In this document: piece by piece, positions 56,931 through 64,000 of the stretch | Numbering within the stretch: position 1 is the stretch's first letter | How the letters are laid out: every line of letters begins with the position of its first letter | NCBI GenBank assembly: GCA_004431415.1 | Contig: QPMI01000701.1 | Location: 3,474 to 67,473 of the forward strand | Reading direction: 5' to 3' | DNA: 64,000 nucleotides | From: Cyanophora paradoxa CCMP329 | Taxonomy: Eukaryota > Plantae > Glaucophyta | Translations under genes and position numbers: made by a program | The notes under the pieces: model-generated | Databases searched by the model: none | What the model saw: only the letters and a program-made list of their open reading frames with translations | Told to the model about the DNA's origin: nothing

Positions 56931-57954
56931 ATGTCGCCTGTCTCTGAGATTCCCTCTGAGCTTGCCAAGGACTTTGCCAAGGCTCGCAATCTGCACAAGT
57001 CCGGACTTTGGCCTACCCTGCCATGGAGCGTCGCGCCAAGGCACTGGGGTACAACTACGGCTCCTACCACGGCTTGAACGGCGTCTGCTACCTTGGCCTT
57101 TTCCGCAAGGATGACGTCAAGAATCCCGAGCCCAAGCCCGCGCCGTCATTCGTCCCAACTCCCGAAATGCTCCAGCTTCAAGCCGAGTCTGCCGCCGAGA
57201 CACTCGCCTGGGCCAACCCCCCTCAAGCCTTCACGAATTACCCCCCTCCGTCATCGTCGTCATCTGCCCCCGAGCCTGCCCCTCAGCCCGTCGCCGAGCC
57301 CGCCCCTCAGCCCGCCGATGACGCCAAGTCCGAGGCCTCTGACGCCGAGTCTGACATCAACGACTTCATCGACTTTGACGTGCCGATTCCATACGACTTG
57401 AGTCGTCTTCTGACTCTGAAGGCGACAACGAAACCCGACTCGCAAGCGCCGCATTATCAAGACCAAGTCAATCGTCAAGAAGAAGTTCATGGAGACTACG
57501 TCATTCACCGACAACTCCGAGCGCGTCAAGGACCCCGCAAGGAAAACGCCAAGGACTTGAAGCTCGGCGCTGGCATTGCCCGTTCTCGTGTGACGTCACA
57601 CTACAGCGAGCGCCTGACTCAGCACGTCAAGACCATTGAGAAGCGCGTCCTCTGCAACGAGCTCCGCAAGGAGTTGGGAGCGCAAGCGGCGCACGAGCGC
57701 CTTGTCCAGTACCAGATCAACAAGGCGCGGATCGCCGAGCGCAAGCAGAAGGAGGCAGCCGAGCTCAAGGCGCGCATCGAGGCTCAGCAGCAGCGCGAGG
57801 CAGAGGCGGCAGCGGCCTTGGCGGCGCAGCGCGAGCGCGAGCGGCAGGACTTGGTGCAGGCAGCGCAGGCCTTCCCGCATTCCCTTAAGTCGGCGCCGAG
57901 GGCCTCATTGAGTTGGTTTCCGATGACGATGACTCTGACTTTGAGATGCTGTAA
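56931..57954 (+). CDS. Orphan ORF B of the insertion: Pro-rich linker, coiled coil, acidic SIM-like C-terminus (frameshifts near 57010 and 57885)
   Basis: MSPVSEIPSELAKDF.. / AYPAMERRAKALGYNYGSYHGLNGVCYLGLFRK..coiled coil.. / GLIELVSDDDDSDFEML*. It is preceded by a pyrimidine tract ending in CAG. Confidence 0.55.
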
Positions 57955-58084
57955 ATAGTATTGCGTCATTCCATTGTACATACTTGTAAAAATTGGCCGA
58001 CTATTTCAGTTACGACTTGGCGCGATCCTGGGACTTGGACTTGGGACTTGGGAATTTCTTGATGTGTGCAATTGCAAATGTCGA

Positions 58085-59528
58085 TGCAGAGGAAGCGCCC
58101 AAGACGTGATCGCACAGTTCATAGATCAGGTCAAGGACCTTAGACGCTGGGTGGTAGAGCAGGCCTCGCGACCGAATCGACAGCGCCAACCCTGGCCGGT
58201 GCTAGAGCTGGCCCGGGCAGGGTGGCTAGACACGCATTAACTCTGGCGGGGCCCTTTACGTTCGGAGCCACGACGAGGGCAGGATTATCGACGAGTTCAA
58301 GCGCATCTGGTTCGCCTGGGCTCCAAGCTCAGCATACTCTCGACCCTCCCGGACCACATTCGCATGCAAATCTCGAGTGGTACGCGAAGGCAAGGGACTC
58401 GCAATGGGACGACGTAAATTTGCGCGACTCTCGCGCTTGCGCTCGGCTGTGACGGCGTATGTCACAAACTATGATTATCACGTCAAAAAGCCCCAATTCG
58501 AAGTTGAGCCAATTCCGATGAATCTGGTACCCCTGGGATGGGAAGAGTACCCCGAGTACTCGTGGAACAGGGGCCTCAACCCCCGCGCCAGGCCCTGCAG
58601 CCCCGCCCGCCCCACCGATAAACGGCCCCGCCCCGCGTGACGTCAGACGGGACATACGCGAATGGGAGGAGTGGAAGCAACGACCCGAAGAACTGGCTAC
58701 CCGGGGAGGCGGAGCTGCGCAAGCGCGCGAGGCTGATGCCGGCGACAGGTACCCCGACGCGAGTAGGGGGTACAGGTATAAAATTCTCAGCGAGCCGCGA
58801 GCGAATGTCGTACGGCGATCAGGAAGCATGGTTCAAGCTACACCGCTCTTTCCTGATAAATTCGGCAATGCGCGCTACCCCTCAACCTAATGACACGAGT
58901 CAACCGGCGGACCAGGGAATTCAAAATCGAAGTGTTTTCATCGTCCCCCGAGAGCGGCCGCTCCGCGGACAACGACTCCATGGCATGGTTATACGGCTTC
59001 GTCCAGCCTCGCGTCGGCAATAAGCCAGCCACCGTCGAAATAGAAAGCTACTACAACGATTACGGGCCGCAGGGGGGGTACGGGACGCCCGAGCAGAGGG
59101 ATTCGATGCGGGGGGCGGGCAAAATCCTGATGCGGGCCGCTGTAGACGCACTGCAGCGCTCCGGGCTCATTAGCTCGTCGGACCCGGGCGAGCACGCGGT
59201 GGAGCTCAAAGCCCTCCCAAGCGCAGTGGAGTACTACGAAAGGGAATTGAGTCTGCGCAAGAGAGACCTCGCCTTTCTCACCTACACACCGTCCCTAACA
59301 CCCATGGAGGGTACGGTGCAGAACATCATCGACAACACGTACAACGTGGCCGTTCGCTGGCGCAAAGCGGCGGCGGATCTCGTAAAGGGCAACTACAAGG
59401 ACCTCGCAGACGAAGACAACCCCGTGGGGGAGTACATGGAGCTGGCAAGCGGGAGCATCGTACCCCGCCGGAGGCCCCCATGGCCCCACCCCGACCTCGA
59501 GTGGGGACCGTCGCACTTCGGCCAGTGA
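58085..59528 (+). pseudogene. Frameshifted ORF C of the insertion, ending in a GNAT-acetyltransferase-like domain
   Basis: Consecutive coding-like fragments; the final 212-aa frame has RGAGKILMRAAVD (acetyl-CoA motif A-like) and VELKALPSAVEYYE (motif B-like). Confidence 0.5.
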
Positions 59529-60135
59529 GGGGGTACAGCATTCAGTTAGAGCCTGAGCGTAGTCAGAGGCCGGGAGGCCCCCCGGGGGGTACGTCGGCTG
59601 TTACTCCCCGCGTCGGTTAGTGCTAGCCCCCCTGTTAGTGCAGCGTGTACCTGATCGCAATATAACACCCAAACCTCCGTGACGCGTGACTCATCGAACC
59701 TCCGAGGGTTAACAATGCATTGACAGCGAAGGGGCAAGCTCGAGAGCTCGACCTTTGGCAAGAGCCCACTTATATATATATATATTGATCCTGGGACCCG
59801 GGATCCAGGCTTAATTATAAGGCATAAGAAGCTTATGCTCATGATCACTAAGTCAACGACCGGCTTGAACTCCCGAGGCTCGGAACTTGGCCCCCCGGGG
59901 CCTGCTACTCAGGCCTGCAGGGCCTCGAAGTCTCGCAAGCGGACTCGTGGTATCGACTGCACGACCCGGCGACTTCTCGCCCGACTTCGCGGCCAAGGCC
60001 TGCCCTATAGAGTACAGGGTTTCGCCGCTGCAGGGGACCCTCCATGCAGCCCGGCCGCCCAAGGAAGCGAACGCCGGTTCGGCGTTGGCATGGACGGCTC
60101 CGCGAGCGCCCGGCGACAGCGAGCGAGCGAGGGGA

Positions 60136-63100
60136 CTAGAAGGGCGCCCCCCGAAGCCGCCCCGCGCCCGAAGAACTGGTTGAAGAACTCCGGGGGGAAG
60201 CCGCCGCCGCCGCCCCCGCGCCGCCGCCGAAGCCGCCCATCCGTCGTCCGCCGGCCCGTTGGTCAGCTGCCGCCGGCCTCAGGGAAGAGAGAAGCGGAGC
60301 AAGCGGGACGGGGGATGAAGCGGGTGGGGGGTGGGGGGGGGGGGTGGGGGGGGGGGGGGGGGTACCTCCTCGTAGGCGGCGGTGATCTTCTTGAAGGCCT
60401 CGTCCGCCCCGGCACCGCGCACTTGTCTGCCCCGCCCCACAGCCGCCCCTCAGAGGCGCACGGGCGCGCGGGGCGGGGCGGGGCGGGCGGGGCGCACCGG
60501 GGTGGAACTTGCGGGCCTGCATGTAGTACGCCTTCTTCACCTCGCTCTCCGACGCCGAGCGCTCCAGACCGAGCGTCTGCGCGGCCGCCGTGAGGGGGGG
60601 CGGCGGGGCGGGCGGGGTGCGGGTGCGCGCCTCGTGGGGCCCCCGCGGGCCTTGACGACGCGCTTGATCTCGCGAACGTCGCCCGGTCCTCCGCGCGATC
60701 TTCGACTCGTCGATGTGCGCCAGCGCTGCCGAGCCTCAGCCCGCGCCTGGCCCCGGCGCGGCGCGAGGGCGGCGCGCACGGCAGACGGGCTTGGCGGCGG
60801 GCGGGGGCGCCCCCAGCCTCCCCGAAGCCGCCCCGAAGCCGCCGAAGGGGTCGTCGCCGCTAGCCGTAGCCGCGGCGCTGCTGCTGCTGGCGGCGGGCGC
60901 GCTCTGCTCGGCGCGGCGGCGGCGGGCGGCCTCCTGCTTCGGCGCGGGCGCGGGCGCGGGCCTCGAGGACGGAGACCTCGCGCTCGACGGCCGCCTTGGA
61001 GCACCTCCACGTCCCCGAGGCGCCCTCGAGCCGCAGCAGCACCGCCGCCGCCGTCCGCTGCTGCACCGACACCGCGCAGCCGCAGCCCCCGGCCGCACGC
61101 GGGCATTCGATGAAGGCGGCGAGCTCCGAGTCGTAGAGCTCTGCGGAGAGGCGGAGGGTCTCGTAGACGAGCTTGGCGCGGCGGGCCGCCTCGGCCTCAC
61201 CGCGGGGAGGTGCTCCTCGAAGAACGCCTCCAGCCCGCTCGCCACCCCGCCCTGCACGTTGCTCTGCGCCCCTGCGCGTCGGCCCCGGCGACAGGCGCGC
61301 GGCGGGGCGGGGCGGGGCGGGGGGGGCGGGGGGGCGGGGGGGGCGGACGCGGAAGACGACGGCGGATGTCGGTGCCGTCCTGCTCGCGGGCGACGGAGAC
61401 GTGCGACTGGAACCACGGGCGGCTGCTCTGCCGCTGCGCCTCGCCGGCGAGGGCGGAAGAGGGGCGGATTTGCCCTGCGCGGCGAGGTCCCGCAGCGCCT
61501 CGTCCTGCTCCTCGCTGAGCTCCACGCGCGCCTCCAGCAGCTGCCGTCGAGTTCGGCGCCTCGTCGAAGCCCCACTGCAGCGGTCGCCGCCCGCACCGCC
61601 GCGCCGCCCGCGAGAGGGCGCGCTCGAGGCGGCGGGGCGCGCCGTCGCGGCGCGGGCGGAGACGAGGAGGCGGGCGATGGAGCGCCAGGCGGCCTCCACG
61701 TCGTCGCGGTCCGTGTCCCCTGCACCTCGAGCACCTCGTGGGCCGTCCCCGCGTTCAGGATGCGGTGCACCTCCCCTCCAGCGTCCCCGCTTCAGCCGCC
61801 AGCCGCCGCCTTCACCTCCGCCGCCGCCCGCTCCCCACGAGGGCGCCCCCGCGCGGACGACGAGGTAGTGGGCGATGGAGCGGGGCTCGTCGCGGGCGAA
61901 GGGGCGCGGGGGGCTTCGGCTGCGAGCGCTCCCGCTCGACGCGGATCTGGACACCGGCGTGGCGCGCCGCGACCTCCTCCGCCAGGCCCTCCTGCTCCAC
62001 GTACGCCGCCTGGCCCCAGTCAGAGCGCGCCCAGAAGAGAGGCGGGGGGAGGGACCTCCTTGGCGAAGATGGGAGAGCGCGCCTCGTGGGGGCGCGCGAG
62101 GGCGTCGGCGTGGGCCGCGACGGCGTCGCTGAGGCGCTGGAGGTCGGAGAGGGGCAGGCCCCGGCCCCGCAGCAGCAGCTCCCCGCCCTCCACCACCACC
62201 TCCACGCGCTCCCGCCCCGCCGGCCCCGGCCCCCGGCCCCTGGCCCCGCCGCCCCGCCCCTGCTGCCGCCGCCACCCGCGCCCTCGCTATCGTCGTCGCT
62301 GTCCGACTCCTCCTCCTCGTCGCTCTCCTGCTCGTCGCTCTCGTCGCGCCAGGCGGGGCGGCGGGGGGGGGGCGGGGCCGGCCAGCCGGGGAGGCTCCCG
62401 GCGCGCAGGTCGGCCTGGATGCGCTCGGCGAGGTCGGCGGCGAGGAGCGCGGGGAGCGCCACCCGCCGCTCCTGCAGCGACGCGAAGAGCGCCTCCAGCT
62501 CCCCCCGCGCCCCACCGCCACCGCTCCTCCGTCTCCCGAAGACGCGCACCTCCAGCGGGGCGCCCGAGCGCGGGTCGACGTGCACCGCGTGCGCCTCCTG
62601 ATGCGCTGCACCTCGTCGTCGTGCGGCCCGAAGCCGCCCAGGAACTTGCAGAGGTCGGGCGCGAACTGCGCCGCCGCGATCCTCGCGCTGACCGGCCCCA
62701 GAGGCTCTCCGGCTCCTCCGCAGGGCCGCCGGCGCGCTCGGCGAGCTCGCCGTGAACTCGAACGACAGGCCGGCGAGCTTCTCCGCACGCCGTCTACGGC
62801 CCGTAGGCCTGGCGATCGAGACGAGCCCATCCACGTCCGGCGGGGCCGCCTTCCACGCCGCGGCCGCTTCGGGCACAGCGTGGCCGCTCGTCCCGTTAGA
62901 TCTCCGCGCCGCATTGCGCTTCCGCCTCGCCCGCTTGGCGCGCGCGTTGAGGGCGGCTTCGGGACTTGCTGTCGCCCTCCTCCTCGGTGAGCGCTTCCGG
63001 GGTGCTCAGTTCGAGCTGCGAGGGCGTAGTTGGAGGAATGATGAGAGGCGAGCACGAGGACGCGCACGATGTCTTAATGTCGGGCACCTCCAACTCGTCG

Positions 63101-63211
63101 TGTTTGGGCGGGGGCGCGGCCGATCCGGAGGACGTGGGCGGTGCGGCCTGGCGGCGCTGCGGGCACCGAGGCCTTCGCGGCTTGCCCCGCGTCGAAGAAG
63201 CCCTTCTTCAT
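60136..63211 (-). CDS. Large J-domain (DnaJ) protein, with an additional degenerate J-like segment
   Basis: C-terminal TLGLERSASESEVKKAYYMQARKFHP|DKCAVPGADEAFKKITAAYEE with a G/F-rich tail; internal EVHRILNAGTAHEVLEV..VEAAWRSIARLL. Several apparent frameshifts. Confidence 0.7.
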
Positions 63212-63256
63212 CCGTGAGTTCTACACCTGTACCCCACTCAACCTGCACACAAAAAA

Positions 63257-64000
63257 ATGGAACGCTCCCTCCTCCGCCTCGCCGCGCTCCTTGCAGTCGC
63301 GGCGGCGGCATTCGCGTCCCGGAGCGCTAGCGGTGCGATCGCGCAAAGCGAGCTCGCCGCCGCGAGTAACTGCCGAGTGCGCAGGAGCTGGAATTGGTCG
63401 CGCGCTACAGAGCTCGTGGTCGCCGCTCGACAACCCCGCAACGCTCCAGTGAACAATTGCCCTGTCACCTTGATAGCTCCGCAGCTCCCGACGCGCGCGG
63501 ACCGCGAATCTCGAGTTTGAATTCTGAGCCGCAAATTCGCGCGCCTCTCGGCAAGCGCAGGAGCTACCTCGGCGGGCCGGTGGAGTTCGCCTTCGACAAG
63601 CTGCCTCTCCTCGGCCGCAGCGCGCGACGCCCTGGCCGTGCGCCGCAGCCGCGGCCGTCGGCCGGCGGCTCACGGCGCGCGGTGTCTCGGGGCGCGGGCG
63701 CGCGCCGTAGGGGCCCGTACTGGCCGACGTACCTGGACGCGATCAACTACCGCGTGGACGGCCCGAACACCCCCAACGCCGTCGAGAAGGCGCGCCGCCC
63801 GCCGCCGCGCAAGCCGGGCGGGAGGGCGAGGGCGGGGGCAGTACGCGCGGGCGTTCGGGCTGGACGCGGAGCGGCTGCAGCGGACGGTCTCGCGGACGTG
63901 GGGCCTGGACTCGCTGCGGGGCCGGCGCCCGCCTGCCGCGCCTCCCCGGACTGCCGGGCTCCCCGTCTGCTCCGAGGGCGTCTGCGTCTACACCTGGGAG
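63257..64000 (+). CDS. Second transglutaminase elicitor (GP42-like) paralogue, 5' part only
   Basis: Signal peptide MERSLLRLAALLAVAAAAFA; FDKLPLLG|..YWPTYLDAINYRVDGPNTPNAVEK|[32 protein letters not shown], collinear with the gene at 2945-5822. Confidence 0.85.

Larger units (their letters stand above)
55565..59785. mobile_element. Unclassified ~4.2 kb foreign-composition insertion (candidate non-autonomous transposon or endogenous viral element)
   Basis: Abrupt drop in GC and loss of the host intron/skew pattern. TATATA at the left end and (TA)7 at the right end; (GGGACTT)n arrays; iterated CGATCGCG; three co-oriented intron-poor frameshifted ORFs. Confidence 0.55.

Noticed and set aside
53900-63200. 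Programmed frameshifting or mass pseudogenisation in the BED, J-domain, aminotransferase and murG-stop regions
   Set aside because: The shifts mostly coincide with G/C homopolymers, so long-read indel errors are the simpler explanation; this cannot be resolved without reads.
1-64000. Hundreds of long Arg/Pro/Gly/Ala-rich ORFs in the six-frame track (e.g. 38869-41724, 16992-19361, 60860-63067)
   Set aside because: These are shadow frames caused by stop-codon scarcity at very high GC; real coding segments hop between frames at introns.
1-64000. tRNA, rRNA or other structured RNA genes
   Set aside because: None were recognisable by eye; a covariance-model search would be needed to exclude small ncRNAs.

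Overview
This is very GC-rich, intron-dense eukaryotic nuclear DNA. It is most likely a glaucophyte alga such as Cyanophora (inference: spliced murC and murG genes carrying plastid transit peptides with an N-terminal Phe). I reconstructed about 25 genes by hand across 55-75 nt introns; the supplied ORF track is mostly GC-shadow frames. The genes are: a Dabb barrel protein, an F-type-lectin-like protein, two oomycete-GP42-like transglutaminase elicitors, a PHD/winged-helix/chromodomain protein, murC, murG, two LCIB/theta-carbonic-anhydrase paralogues, three F-box proteins, a SMYD methyltransferase, an ethylene-receptor-type hybrid histidine kinase, a class IV aminotransferase, an NleD-like M91 metalloprotease, an AT-hook + 4x AP2-like protein, a Nudix CoA hydrolase, a two-domain thioredoxin, a DUF3493-like/O-methyltransferase fusion, a BED-finger protein and a J-domain protein. 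Highlights: (1) one LCIB paralogue has a bipartite transit + twin-arginine signal, predicting a thylakoid-lumen theta-CA; (2) a ~4.2 kb compositionally foreign, intron-poor insertion (55.57-59.78 kb) has TA-rich ends, (GGGACTT)n arrays, iterated CGATCGCG and orphan/GNAT-like ORFs but no recognisable transposase; (3) a G-rich/C-rich oscillation is locked to splice sites and even dictates synonymous codon choice, with frequent GC-AG introns; (4) there is a near-identical inverted copy of the LCIB transit-peptide exon; (5) murC and murG look non-cyanobacterial. Exon boundaries are hand-derived and approximate, and several apparent frameshifts are probably homopolymer sequencing errors.
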